DNA of 64,000 bases. Origin: a virus. Below are positions 17,969-28,653 of this stretch, one piece after another. Below the pieces are notes generated by a model. It searched no databases. It saw nothing but the letters and a program-made list of their open reading frames with translations, and was not told the DNA's origin. The position numbers and the translations under genes are program-made. Position 1 is the stretch's first letter. Each line of letters opens with the position of its first letter. The DNA is taken from IMG/VR virus record IMGVR_UViG_3300042541_003876, positions 1-64,000 of that record. The stretch is one strand, 5' to 3'.

Positions 17969-20583
17969 AAAAAACAAAACAAAGCGTTTCAAGTTTAAAG
18001 CAGCTTTCATTTGATGATATGTTTGATAGTTTTTATGAAGATGAAATAGTTGAGACAATAATTGATGAAGTTATAATTGAAGGTCCAAAACATTTAGACC
18101 TTCCTTTTATTTTAATGGATATTGAAAACATACGAGCAACGGTTCCTCAACTTCTTCCAGAGCAGCATGATAATGTTTTAATGGCTGAGCTAAGATTTTT
18201 TCAACAAAAAGGAAAAGGCATGTTGTTTACTGACTCAACTGGTTCTGGAAAGACTTTTACAGGATTGGGAATCATTAAAAGATTTTTACTTCAAGAAAAA
18301 AAGAATGTTCTTATTGTAGTTCCTACAGATAAAAAATGTAAAGATTGGATTGATGATGGAGAAATTTTAGATATTCATGTTGAGCAACTTAAAGGAATCA
18401 GTGATTGTTATCTAGGAGTAAATGTTACTACCTATGCGAATTTTTATCAGAATGATAAAATTATTGAACAGCACTGGGATTTAATTGTTTATGATGAATC
18501 ACATTATCTCCAGCAGAATGGTCAAGGCGATAAAACTATTTATCAAAAGGCTCATGCAATTTTAGCAAAGCTTCCATCTACTATCAAAAGTATTTTGAAT
18601 AGTGAAGAAAATCGAGAAGCTACTTATAAGATGCCTGAAGAAAAATTGAAACAGATTATTTCTGATTATGTTCAGTCTACAAAAGTTGTAATGCTTTCAG
18701 CAACTCCATTTGCCTATGTAAAATCTATAATGTATGCAGATGGTTGTTTATGGGATATTAACGAAACAGAAGAACTTTATTCACCAATACCATCAACTAC
18801 ATATAATTCTCCAAGTAAAGAACAAGCTTTCTTTATTGAGAATTTTGGATACAGAATGAGGTACAATAAACTGACAATTCCGGATACAGGTGTTGACTTA
18901 AATCTTATGGAAAGACAATTCCATGAAAAGTTTAAAGCACTTGGTGTAATCTCCGGAAGACAGCTTGACATTGATAAGGATTATTCCCGCGACTTTGTGA
19001 TTTTAGATTCAACTATTGGCGACAAGATTGATAAAGGAAGAAAGGTTTTTTATACCGAATATTTTAAAAATAATTATAAAATACTTAATGAGTATTGGAA
19101 TAAAAAATACAAAGGTCTTTATAATCGCCAATTGCTTGAAGCAATCAAAGTAAGGTTGGTAATGCCAAGAATTATAAAGCATATTCAGAATGGCCGTAAG
19201 GTTGTTTTGTTTCATGATTTTAACACAGCAATTCCTACTCACCCATTCCGATTTACTTTGGAAGAATTAATGGGTAAAAATCACCATGATGTTAATGTTT
19301 GTAGACGTCTTAAACAAGACATCGATAATTTTCATGAAGAATACAGAGATCTGTACAATCTGGATTTATCGGAACTTACCAATGCTTTATCTGAATATTC
19401 TACTCATTTTGAAAAGAAAATTGCTTTATTTAATGGAACTGTTTCCAAATTAAAAAGAAGTAAAGTTTTTATAGAATTTATGACTGACTATTCAGAAATA
19501 GATTTATTGGTTGTTCAACGTAAAGCAGGTAAAGAAGGTATTTCCGCTCATGACATGACTGGAGTACAAGAACGTGTTTTAATCGATTTAGGACTTCCTA
19601 CTTCACCAACGGATGCTATTCAATGTGAAGGTAGGATTTATCGCTATGGTGTACAATCAAATGCCAGATTTGAGTATCCTGTAATTATGACTAACTTTGA
19701 AAGAGAGACTTTTGCTCAAACAATTGCAGAGCGTTCTCGAACTGCAGAAAATTTAGCCCTTGGAAACTTAGCCAGAAATATGGAAATTGTTTTTAAAGAA
19801 GGTTACTCTGGAGCAGATTATATCGATCCTTTGGAAACCACCGGAATCGGCGGTAAAAATACTGATAGATTCATTATGGAAATTTCAGAGTTTGAAAGGT
19901 CTAAAACTTATTATTGGGCGAATCAAAAGAAAACTGCTAAAAATAAAGCAGCTGAAGGTAAAGATTACTACGCAACTCCAGAACCTTTAGGTTTTAAGAT
20001 GGTTGAGTGGCTGAATTTACTTTCGAACCAAAAAGTTTTAGAACCATCATGTGGTCACGGTGCAATATCTAGATTCTTTCCTGCGTTTACAAATAATGTA
20101 ATGATAGAACCAAGCTATGATCTTTCGACAAAAGCAATGATTAATTCTACAGGTGATGTTTACAACATTACTTTAGAAGATTATTCTATAGTCAATAGTT
20201 TTGATAAAATTGCAATGAATCCTCCATTTGGTAGAGGTGGTGCTTTGGCCGCCGAACATATTAAAAAATGTTTGAGATATCATTTAAGAAGAATATACGA
20301 TAAAAGTTCAATGCTAATTGCTATTGTTCCGGACAGTCCGATTTATGATAAAAAAATAGCAGAAGTAATGGAGATGATAGAAATTCGACGTTACTTTAAA
20401 CTGACCAGAGAAATTATTCTTCCATTGTGTACTTTTGAAAGAGCCGGAACAAATGTAAAATGTAAGATTCAGTTCTTTGAAACATTTGATCCTTACAATG
20501 AAAAGCCTTTGCATAATATAGATTTGTCTTATGCAAAAGATATAAAAGAATTCTTTTCTTCAATCGAAAATTTAAATTTCTAA
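17965..20583 (+). CDS. SF2 helicase fused to a C-terminal N6-adenine DNA methyltransferase domain
   Basis: Helicase motifs: Walker A DSTGSGKT, YDESH, LSATPF, QCEGRIYRYG. Methyltransferase motifs: DYYATPEP, VLEPSCGHG, MNPPFG. Confidence 0.88.
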   Translation: MKKTKQSVSSLKQLSFDDMFDSFYEDEIVETIIDEVIIEGPKHLDLPFILMDIENIRATVPQLLPEQHDNVLMAELRFFQQKGKGMLFTDSTGSGKTFTGLGIIKRFLLQEKKNVLIVVPTDKKCKDWIDDGEILDIHVEQLKGISDCYLGVNVTTYANFYQNDKIIEQHWDLIVYDESHYLQQNGQGDKTIYQKAHAILAKLPSTIKSILNSEENREATYKMPEEKLKQIISDYVQSTKVVMLSATPFAYVKSIMYADGCLWDINETEELYSPIPSTTYNSPSKEQAFFIENFGYRMRYNKLTIPDTGVDLNLMERQFHEKFKALGVISGRQLDIDKDYSRDFVILDSTIGDKIDKGRKVFYTEYFKNNYKILNEYWNKKYKGLYNRQLLEAIKVRLVMPRIIKHIQNGRKVVLFHDFNTAIPTHPFRFTLEELMGKNHHDVNVCRRLKQDIDNFHEEYRDLYNLDLSELTNALSEYSTHFEKKIALFNGTVSKLKRSKVFIEFMTDYSEIDLLVVQRKAGKEGISAHDMTGVQERVLIDLGLPTSPTDAIQCEGRIYRYGVQSNARFEYPVIMTNFERETFAQTIAERSRTAENLALGNLARNMEIVFKEGYSGADYIDPLETTGIGGKNTDRFIMEISEFERSKTYYWANQKKTAKNKAAEGKDYYATPEPLGFKMVEWLNLLSNQKVLEPSCGHGAISRFFPAFTNNVMIEPSYDLSTKAMINSTGDVYNITLEDYSIVNSFDKIAMNPPFGRGGALAAEHIKKCLRYHLRRIYDKSSMLIAIVPDSPIYDKKIAEVMEMIEIRRYFKLTREIILPLCTFERAGTNVKCKIQFFETFDPYNEKPLHNIDLSYAKDIKEFFSSIENLNF

Positions 20584-20585
20584 AT

Positions 20586-20834
20586 ATGACAAAAGTTTTA
20601 AGTAAAAACTATACTGTAGATTTTAAACAGTATGGTAAAATCACAGTTCCTAAAGGAACAAGGACAACTCATCAAACTGCAATGGGTATTGATAGAAGCT
20701 ACAATTTTGTAGATGAATATGATTGGATTGATAAAGATTATCCGGCTTATTCAAACATCTTAAAAATAGATGTAGAGTATTACGGAATTAATGTTCCCGA
20801 GGAATATCTTGAAGAAATTAACAAAAAAGTATAA
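20586..20834 (+). CDS. Hypothetical protein
   Basis: 82-aa ORF in the operon. Confidence 0.65.
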   Translation: MTKVLSKNYTVDFKQYGKITVPKGTRTTHQTAMGIDRSYNFVDEYDWIDKDYPAYSNILKIDVEYYGINVPEEYLEEINKKV

Positions 20835-20844
20835 CCATTAAATT

Positions 20845-22329
20845 ATGGTCAATTATGACATACATGCACGAGACTTAATTGAACAGCAGATTCTTTCTTC
20901 CATCATCAATCTTTCAGCGTACAATACTATTGAAAAGGTTAAAAATTTATTTATAAATATTCATGGCCTTGACAATCCTGAATACTTTGGTTCTTCAATG
21001 AACAAAAGTGTTTTTATTGCAATTTTAAGATGTTGGGAAAATGAAGTTCAAGCAGATATAAGTATGGTTTGTACTTTCAAACCAAGAGATGTTATTGCAG
21101 GAAATAATCACTTACATTTTGAAGGTAAAAAAAAGAATGATGACGGTTCAAATAGCCTTTATGATTTAGATAATGATTGTAAGTATTTTGATAATTACAT
21201 TATCGATATTTCAATGAAATGGTTAAGTGAAACAAATCTTGAAAAAACAATTTTTATTCACAAGCAATTTATATTGATTGATTATTGGAATAATAAAGCT
21301 AAAGATATTCTGTATAACGAATGGGAGCAACGTGATATTCTTGTTGTTACCAAAAATATTATAGATGGTCACAATCTTTTATTTGATAAAATCACCAAGA
21401 CTTTTCAAAAGAACACCGAAGTTTTAACTCCAAAAGAAAGAATGAGATTAGAGCGCCAGCGTGTAAAAAATGGAGAAGTTATTTGGGTTCCTTCCGGAAT
21501 ACCACCGGTTGATATTAAATGGAAAGGCTATTGGAATGGAGAGGTTACTATCATTGCAGGAAGACCTTCAATGGGTAAAACAGCATTAATGATTGCTTCA
21601 GCAGTTCATTCAGCTTTTAACTTTAATAAAAAAGTAGCTTTCTTTTCCTTGGAAATGGATAAGACAAGATTAATGAATCATATTATTTCTGCAAAAACAG
21701 GGATCAGTTATAAGGCAATGAAAGAACATTCTACAACTGATCAGGAATTTGAAGTAATAGAGCAATGGTACGACTGGTTTGAAATAGAATCAAATTTGAA
21801 AATTTATGACATTCACGAGTGCCAGACTTTAGATGAAATTTTATATTTTATTCCAGGAAACGAAATTGTATTTATTGATTATCTTCAACTTGTGAAACTT
21901 GTAAAAACTACCAAGAAAAAGGATTTTGTCCGGGAACAAGATGTTGCCGAAATATCCCGAAGTTTTAAACTTGCTGCTTTACAACATCAAATACCTTTGG
22001 TTATTGGTGCTCAGTTAAACAGAGATGTTGACAAAAGACCAGGACATATTCCGGTTCTTGGTGATTTGCGGGAATCAGGTAGTATCGAACAAGATGCAGA
22101 CAATGTTTACTTTCCGGTAAGACCATCATATTATGATGAGATTGCAAATCCAGATGCGGTTATTCCGTATTGGCAAAAAGGAAACTTTACAATGCGTGGT
22201 GCAAAAGGTAGAGATACAGGAACTGATAATCTAAAATTCCACATGGATATGTTAACTTATAAATTTACAGACGGCCATTTACACACAGCGCCAGAACCCG
22301 AATTCAATGTCGGTAATATGAAAATCTAA
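20845..22329 (+). CDS. dnaB: DnaB-like replicative helicase
   Basis: IIAGRPSMGKT, FFSLEM, FIDYLQL, AQLNR, DLRESGSIEQDAD, KGRD. Confidence 0.95.
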   Translation: MVNYDIHARDLIEQQILSSIINLSAYNTIEKVKNLFINIHGLDNPEYFGSSMNKSVFIAILRCWENEVQADISMVCTFKPRDVIAGNNHLHFEGKKKNDDGSNSLYDLDNDCKYFDNYIIDISMKWLSETNLEKTIFIHKQFILIDYWNNKAKDILYNEWEQRDILVVTKNIIDGHNLLFDKITKTFQKNTEVLTPKERMRLERQRVKNGEVIWVPSGIPPVDIKWKGYWNGEVTIIAGRPSMGKTALMIASAVHSAFNFNKKVAFFSLEMDKTRLMNHIISAKTGISYKAMKEHSTTDQEFEVIEQWYDWFEIESNLKIYDIHECQTLDEILYFIPGNEIVFIDYLQLVKLVKTTKKKDFVREQDVAEISRSFKLAALQHQIPLVIGAQLNRDVDKRPGHIPVLGDLRESGSIEQDADNVYFPVRPSYYDEIANPDAVIPYWQKGNFTMRGAKGRDTGTDNLKFHMDMLTYKFTDGHLHTAPEPEFNVGNMKI

Positions 22330-22427
22330 AAAAAACAATTTAAGAATAAAAATACTTGAAGTTATTTCATATATGATGGAAAATGTTTATTTTCGCCTTA
22401 TACAAAATAGTATTCAAGTATTTTTTT

Positions 22428-22703
22428 ATGAAAAGAAAACCAGATTTAGTTAAAGACGTACATCGTGATTTGAAGAGTGAAGGATTAGTAACTCATGCAG
22501 ATCAAACAAAAAAGATTGTTGATATTGTAATCAACAATATTCGAAATTATATTGTTCAAGGAATTACTCTCGAATTAGTCAATTTTGGTAAGTTCTATAC
22601 CAAATTTGTAAAAAGAAGTAATTTCGGAAAAGAACAAACGAAAAGATGGGAAGCTTTATTTTCAGCTTCGCCATTATTAAAATCAGATTTAAATGAAGAT
22701 TGA
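22428..22703 (+). CDS. HU/IHF-like DNA-binding protein (probable start MKRKPDL)
   Basis: MxxxDLVK...IVDIVINNI...GITLELVNFGKF pattern. Confidence 0.75.
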   Translation: MKRKPDLVKDVHRDLKSEGLVTHADQTKKIVDIVINNIRNYIVQGITLELVNFGKFYTKFVKRSNFGKEQTKRWEALFSASPLLKSDLNED

Positions 22704-23130
22704 GCACGATTTGAATATCTCGCATTCACCTCGATTTCTACCGAAAATAGATAATTTCTTCTATTACAAAAAACTTAAATATTCTAAAGAAGATAAAGAA
22801 TTGATTTTTCAAAAAGAAGTCATTGAGAATGTAGATTTTCAAAGACACATTTCAGAAACAGCATTAAAGCTGAATATTCCTGAATATATTGTGCACACTG
22901 TTGTAACTCATTATTTTTTTACTAACCTTTTAAAACTTAAATATCTAAAGCAAAGAATAAGAATCGTTATTTATCAATTTTTTTATATCGAGCAAATTAA
23001 CCCTCTCGAAAATGAATATTCAAATTACTATAAACATAAACTTAAAAATTTAAAAAATGTCAAATACAAACGTCAACTACGTCGCGCCAATGGGAGCAAT
23101 GACAACACCAATGATTGCTCCGGAGAGTAG
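22693..23130 (+). CDS. Hypothetical protein
   Basis: 145-aa ORF overlapping its neighbours. Confidence 0.6.
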   Translation: MKIEHDLNISHSPRFLPKIDNFFYYKKLKYSKEDKELIFQKEVIENVDFQRHISETALKLNIPEYIVHTVVTHYFFTNLLKLKYLKQRIRIVIYQFFYIEQINPLENEYSNYYKHKLKNLKNVKYKRQLRRANGSNDNTNDCSGE

Positions 23131-24133
23131 CTCAGGATTTACAAAAAGAGACGATATTCAATTACTTCCAAATGGTTTGCATCCAGGAGTAATTTATGCA
23201 GTCTGCGGAATAGGAACTCATATGGAGTCTTTCAATGGTCAACCACCAAGAGAAATGAATAAAATCCATATTGGTATTGAGTTTCCTCAGATAAAACAAA
23301 TGTTTTATATGGAAGATACTGTACCACGCTCTACCGTTGGTTCATTGGAAGGTGCTTTTGCAATGACAGCTAAATCCAAACTTAAAGCACTTGTAGAAGC
23401 TGTTAGAGGTGTAGCGTTTAATACAGAACAAGAAGCAAGCAATTATGATATAAGTCAGTTACTTGGTTGTAAAGTACTTTGTAATATGACTACCATTGCC
23501 AGACAAAACGGAAAAGGAAATTATAATAAGATTCTGAATTTTGCTCCATTAGGTACTTATCCATTACCTCCGAATTTCAATCCTGAAAATGAATATAATT
23601 TATTTGTAGTAGATGCTGCCGGAGAAAATTTCAAAACAACCAATTATGCAAATCTTCCAAATTGGTTAAAAAAGACAATTATGGAAAGTGTCGAAGCAAA
23701 AAAATATGCTTCAAAAGGTGGTGCATTTGCTAAAAAACCAGATGCACAACAAAATGGTAAATCTCAACAACCAGTTCAACAACAATTGCAACATCAAGCG
23801 GGACAACCGGTTCCTCAACAACAGCAAGTTCCCCAACAACAAATTCCACCGGTAACTCAGAAAACATTTGTTCTTACAAATCCTGATTATACAATGGAAC
23901 AATGGAGACATGCCGGATGGAATGAAGAAGCTTTGGTTGCTGCGGGTCATGCAAGATGGGATATGCCACTTGCGCCAGCAAGCGCACCACAACCACAAGC
24001 CCCTCCAGCCTTACCTCCACAACAGACTTCACAACCTCCGGTTCAACAGATGCCACAACAAGCACAACCACAAGGACCACCACAAATACCAGATTCTCAA
24101 TTTGTTGATGAAGATGATGATTTACCCTATTAA
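23057..24133 (+). CDS. Putative single-stranded DNA-binding protein
   Basis: Phage OB-fold-like N-terminus (DISQLLGCKVLCN), P/Q-rich linker and acidic tail DEDDDLPY. Confidence 0.7.
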   Translation: MSNTNVNYVAPMGAMTTPMIAPESSSGFTKRDDIQLLPNGLHPGVIYAVCGIGTHMESFNGQPPREMNKIHIGIEFPQIKQMFYMEDTVPRSTVGSLEGAFAMTAKSKLKALVEAVRGVAFNTEQEASNYDISQLLGCKVLCNMTTIARQNGKGNYNKILNFAPLGTYPLPPNFNPENEYNLFVVDAAGENFKTTNYANLPNWLKKTIMESVEAKKYASKGGAFAKKPDAQQNGKSQQPVQQQLQHQAGQPVPQQQQVPQQQIPPVTQKTFVLTNPDYTMEQWRHAGWNEEALVAAGHARWDMPLAPASAPQPQAPPALPPQQTSQPPVQQMPQQAQPQGPPQIPDSQFVDEDDDLPY

Positions 24134-24178
24134 ATTAGAGTTTGGTAGAAAGAAATATATCTTACCACCACCAAGTAG

Positions 24179-24571
24179 ATGAAATCATTCACAATGAAAG
24201 TAGAAGGAGATAAAATCAAATTCTTAGACAAAGAAGATAAAGCCGCTTTTCAGCGGCTTCTTTTTCAATTTGAAAAGAAAGGACATAAAACCTACATATT
24301 GACTGTTGATGTTTCAACAGATTCAATTAGCGAAAAACAAGAAAAATTGTTTGAAGTTTTAGTTAACAAGGTAGCGGATGCTTCCGGTCAAGATAAAAGT
24401 GATATTGAAGAAACATTAATTAAGAATTATGGTAACGGGAAAAACATTAAAGATTTTTCCAAAGAAGAATTTCAGAATTTCATAGAACTTACTTCTGCTT
24501 TTTCAATAGACTTTTTCGGGTTCTCAATTAATTTTGACAGTAAAGGGCACGTTCAAATAAATAAAATCTAA
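24179..24571 (+). CDS. Hypothetical protein (NinB/Orf-like possible)
   Basis: SEKQEKLF...VADASG...IEETL...KDFSKEEFQNFIE loosely resembles NinB-type proteins. Confidence 0.55.
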   Translation: MKSFTMKVEGDKIKFLDKEDKAAFQRLLFQFEKKGHKTYILTVDVSTDSISEKQEKLFEVLVNKVADASGQDKSDIEETLIKNYGNGKNIKDFSKEEFQNFIELTSAFSIDFFGFSINFDSKGHVQINKI

Positions 24572-24728
24572 ATGTATGTTTACACCGTAATAATCACAAT
24601 CTGTAAAGTAGGTGCAATTTGGGCGCGTACTATTGTTTTTAGAAAAACATTCCAATCGATATCAACCGTAGTTTTTATGGTCATGATAATTCACATTAAC
24701 CAAATAAAATCAAAATCCACATTAATTT

Positions 24729-26201
24729 ATGAAGAAAAACGAAGAAAGAATAACGAAGTTTTCTCCAGATCAAATTCTGGCTCTTGAGAGAATTGAGGAA
24801 TTCAGAAAACAACCCATAGTCAAGAATGACGTTAATTCAAGAGTAATGGTTATTATCGGCGCCGCTGGCGTCGGTAAAACCACTCTTATTAAATATGGTT
24901 TGGAGGACTTAATTGCAAAAGATACAGAAAAAGAGTATGATGATGAACAAGTAGATGGTGGTTTATTTTCTTCTACACCAGAAGTTATAGGAGTATGTTT
25001 AGCACATCAAGCAAAAAAGAATCTTAGAAAATCACTTCCACATACAAAAACTTTTGCTTCATTTTTCGGCATGAAAGAAACTCATGGCGATGAAGGACAA
25101 AAAAAATTTGAAGTTGATGAATATGCGCTTAGGTTTGCATTATGTAAAGCAGATTTATCATTTGTTGTACACGACGAAGTCTCTATGTATGATATTGATA
25201 TGATCAATATTATTTTGAAAGAAACTAATCCAAGAACTAAAATCATTTTAATGGGTGATGCATGTCAATTACCCCCAATTAATACAGTTGGTGATGATGA
25301 TAGTCCTGCTTTCGAAATGTTTACTAATGTAGTCGAATTAACTAAACGTCATCGTCAAGAAGAAGAAAATCCACTTCTTGAATTATCAGATATTTTAAGA
25401 GAAGAAATTCGTGGAAAACAAAATGTGAAACGAGTTTTAGAAGCGATGAAAAATAATAACATTGTTAATGGAAAAGGTTTTAGAAATGTTTTTTATAGAG
25501 ATTTTCTGAAAGATTATAAGTCGATTACTTCCAATTATAAAGAAGCAAAATTAATTGCTTACCGTCGTGCAACAGTTCAAGATTATAATATCAAAATTCG
25601 TAATTATCTTTATCCTACCGCTGATCAAATTTATATTCCAGGAGAAATAATTTACATGAATGATACTTTTAGGCAAGAAAAAAGTGAGCCGATAAATCCT
25701 GATGACCATTTGGATGAAATCATTAAAAAGAAACAGGCTCCTGCAGAATATTACTGTTACAATTCCGATGAATATGTCATCAATACAGTTGAAACAGGTT
25801 TTGTTGAAGGAGTAAAGATTTATAAAATCTATTTTGATAAGTCGGATCGTCCGGATATCGCCGTAGAAAAACCTTATTTTCCAATGCTTCATCCATCAGG
25901 AGTAACTAAGTACAATGAAACTTTTTATTATCGTCGTGGAAAAGCTTTAAATGAGTTTGACAGAAAAAAGAAAAAAGGTTATTGGAAATGGTTTTATATT
26001 TTCAAGAATCAGTTTGGTGATTGTTCTTATGCTTATGCATTAACAGGTCACAAAGCTCAAGGAAGCGGATATAAATACGTTTATGTTGATGTAAGCGATA
26101 TACTTACCGTTGGTCCAATTTCGGACAAAAGAAAGCTCCAAGCAATCTATACAGGAATGACAAGAGCAACAGATATCGTATTATTTTTAAAATCAAAATA
26201 A
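24729..26201 (+). CDS. SF1 helicase, Dda/RecD-like
   Basis: GAAGVGKT, HDEVSM, MGDACQLPP, RQ, YALTGHKAQGS, YTGMTRA. Confidence 0.92.
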   Translation: MKKNEERITKFSPDQILALERIEEFRKQPIVKNDVNSRVMVIIGAAGVGKTTLIKYGLEDLIAKDTEKEYDDEQVDGGLFSSTPEVIGVCLAHQAKKNLRKSLPHTKTFASFFGMKETHGDEGQKKFEVDEYALRFALCKADLSFVVHDEVSMYDIDMINIILKETNPRTKIILMGDACQLPPINTVGDDDSPAFEMFTNVVELTKRHRQEEENPLLELSDILREEIRGKQNVKRVLEAMKNNNIVNGKGFRNVFYRDFLKDYKSITSNYKEAKLIAYRRATVQDYNIKIRNYLYPTADQIYIPGEIIYMNDTFRQEKSEPINPDDHLDEIIKKKQAPAEYYCYNSDEYVINTVETGFVEGVKIYKIYFDKSDRPDIAVEKPYFPMLHPSGVTKYNETFYYRRGKALNEFDRKKKKGYWKWFYIFKNQFGDCSYAYALTGHKAQGSGYKYVYVDVSDILTVGPISDKRKLQAIYTGMTRATDIVLFLKSK

Positions 26202-26488
26202 TGAATAAAAAAAGTCAAGAAGAAATTTTTCAGGAAACCTGGGATAATTCAGAATTTAATGTTTTTAAGTATAAAAAAAAAGGTGGTAAAATAACCACAA
26301 AAAACGAAAGTTTTTTTCTTACCCCACTTCTTAAGAAAAACAAATTGTATACTTGGGAAAAGATTAATCGCGAAGCAACTTTGATTGTTGATGGGAAATC
26401 AGAACTTTCCTCAAAAGCGAGAGGTGTTATTGATCATGTTCACACTCATGTTCTTATTATGTATCAAAAACAATTCAATGGAGAATAG
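26201..26488 (+). CDS. Hypothetical protein
   Basis: 95-aa ORF coupled to its neighbours. Confidence 0.6.
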   Translation: MNKKSQEEIFQETWDNSEFNVFKYKKKGGKITTKNESFFLTPLLKKNKLYTWEKINREATLIVDGKSELSSKARGVIDHVHTHVLIMYQKQFNGE

Positions 26489-27362
26489 TGAGTTTATTCA
26501 ATTTGAAATAAAAGCTTCGTCTCATACGAATGCTATTTTAGATACTGGAAAGATTGCCTTATTCGATGCAGATTTTTTCAAATATCACGCTACATATAAA
26601 AGATTCAAAGAAATTGAATCAGATAAGCAAGCAGGAAGATTTCCGATATTTGAAAAAGAATTGCCAATCCTGAGAATAGTTAAAAGTATGCTTGCAACAT
26701 ATTTGCTGAAAATTAAGGATCCTATTATTTTTTGTTTTTCTGGAAGTTCCAAAAATACTTTTCGTGCGCATTGTGCTGTTGAAAAAGAATACAAAGGAAA
26801 CCGTAACAAAACTGAGGATAAGTATGATTACGATGGAAAGATGAATGATATTTTTACTTTAATGAAATTCATTAAGGAAAATTATATGTCATTGCTTTTC
26901 GAAGATTTAGAAGCAGATGATATTGTTGCGGTACTGCAGGATGAAAATACCTATATTATTTCTCAGGATAAAGATTTAAAACAAGTTCCTGGATTTCATT
27001 ATAATTTTGGAAACAATACCATTGAGGAAGTCACAAAAGATCAGTCAATGTACAATCTGATGTTCCAGATGATTAAAGGAGATACCACGGATAATATCGC
27101 AGGTATTCCGGGCGCCGGAGAAAAAAAAGCAATTACTGTACTTTCAGAAGTAAGACCACCTAAATATATTAGTAGGGTTTTATTTGAATACCAGTCTAAA
27201 TTTGGATTAATGGAAGGAACAGACCGATTTGTTGAATCGTGGAATTTGATAAAAATGAGAATGAATAGAGGTGTTCATTTTCGTTCCAAATACCATCGAA
27301 TGTTTGACCTCAAAGAATTACTCATTAATCAATTAAAACAAGAAAAAAAGATAAAGAGTTGA
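26478..27362 (+). CDS. 5'-3' exonuclease (T7 gp6/FEN-like; probable start MENSEF)
   Basis: LFDAD, FR...YKGNR, LEADD, SQDKDLKQVPG, GDTTDNIAGIPGAGEKKA. Confidence 0.92.
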   Translation: MENSEFIQFEIKASSHTNAILDTGKIALFDADFFKYHATYKRFKEIESDKQAGRFPIFEKELPILRIVKSMLATYLLKIKDPIIFCFSGSSKNTFRAHCAVEKEYKGNRNKTEDKYDYDGKMNDIFTLMKFIKENYMSLLFEDLEADDIVAVLQDENTYIISQDKDLKQVPGFHYNFGNNTIEEVTKDQSMYNLMFQMIKGDTTDNIAGIPGAGEKKAITVLSEVRPPKYISRVLFEYQSKFGLMEGTDRFVESWNLIKMRMNRGVHFRSKYHRMFDLKELLINQLKQEKKIKS

Positions 27363-27388
27363 AGTTATTTCAACTCTTTATCTTTTTT
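27344..27388 (+). terminator. 20-bp perfect hairpin terminator followed by a -7 promoter element
   Basis: aaaaaagataaagagttgaa-gttat-ttcaactctttatctttttt; TAAATTTG at 27391. Confidence 0.75.
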
Positions 27389-27423
27389 ATTAAATTTGTC
27401 TAATAATTAAAAATCAAAAAATT

Positions 27424-28653
27424 ATGTCAGAAACTAAAAACGCCTTGGAAGTAGAAGTAATCATTCCAAAGGAAGTTCTTGAAAATAACGAAGGACTAAA
27501 AAAAATGTACGATGAAAAGAAAAAATCTTTATCATATGTCATGGGAGCAGAAACTACAAAACAACTTAAAGATTACATTTCAGATGTAGTAAAAAGTTCT
27601 ACTTCTGAAGAACTTGCTTTGTTCAATCCAGTATTTAGCGCTATCAGTTTTATTCAAAATTTCCGTTCCCTTAAATGGAATCCGGAAAAGAAAAATGAAA
27701 AAGAATATACTCAAGCAAAAACAATACTGGGTAAATTCAATACTGCAATTAAAACAACTGCGTCAGAAATTAAGAAACCGAGAAATGAATACAATAAAAA
27801 AGTTATTCAGCTTGAGAAACTTCTTAATGAAGAAAGCGCAAATGTTCGGGCAGCTTTGGATAAAAACTTTGATGAACTGCTTAAAGAAAAGTTAGCAAAA
27901 GTAGAAGCTGCTAATGCTAAAAAAGATGCGGTGAAAGACGGTCAGATTGCGGAACTTTCTGCTGAAAACACAAAGAATACTGAATTACTTACTAATCAGA
28001 AAATAACTACAAGAAAATTAGAAATTGATAATATTATTGCAAAAGTTGTTATCGATGTTACGGGTAAATTAGATTCTTTAAATGAAGAGGGATTAGATAA
28101 ATTACGAGTAGAAGTTTTGGATAAAAAATTAGGAGACACTGATACTCCGGATGTAACTTTTTCAGTCGAAGAAAAAACAAAGTACAGGAAAGATTTTGCA
28201 ACTCAGGTTTTAGCTGCTATCAAATTAATTGATGATAAAAAGCAAAACCTTTCTCTTACATCAACTAATGCAAACCTGGAGACTGAAAATAAAGTTTTGA
28301 AAGCAAATACACCATCGGCTTTTGTAGACGATGAAGATGATATGCCTTTCGAAATTACTACAGCAACACCAATTACTCCACAGCCAATTGCGCAACCGGT
28401 TCTGGTTACAGATGCTGATAAACTTTCATTAGTTGCTCAACTGATTGATGAAACTAATACTGCACTTATCAATGCTGTTTCTACTATCAATAATTTAGAA
28501 TTTGAAGATCCATCACTTCAATCTATTCAAAGAAAATTGGTAGATGTATCTATGAAAAACATTCTTGACTGGACGGATAAAACAAATATTTGGACGGCCA
28601 AAAAGAAAGAAGCATATATTAATCACATTAATTCTTTACAAAATGAACTTTAA
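27424..28653 (+). CDS. Coiled-coil protein (DUF1351-like N-terminus possible)
   Basis: AKTILGKFNTAIKTTASEIKKPRNEYNKKV pattern; internal DDEDDMPF. Confidence 0.7.
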   Translation: MSETKNALEVEVIIPKEVLENNEGLKKMYDEKKKSLSYVMGAETTKQLKDYISDVVKSSTSEELALFNPVFSAISFIQNFRSLKWNPEKKNEKEYTQAKTILGKFNTAIKTTASEIKKPRNEYNKKVIQLEKLLNEESANVRAALDKNFDELLKEKLAKVEAANAKKDAVKDGQIAELSAENTKNTELLTNQKITTRKLEIDNIIAKVVIDVTGKLDSLNEEGLDKLRVEVLDKKLGDTDTPDVTFSVEEKTKYRKDFATQVLAAIKLIDDKKQNLSLTSTNANLETENKVLKANTPSAFVDDEDDMPFEITTATPITPQPIAQPVLVTDADKLSLVAQLIDETNTALINAVSTINNLEFEDPSLQSIQRKLVDVSMKNILDWTDKTNIWTAKKKEAYINHINSLQNEL

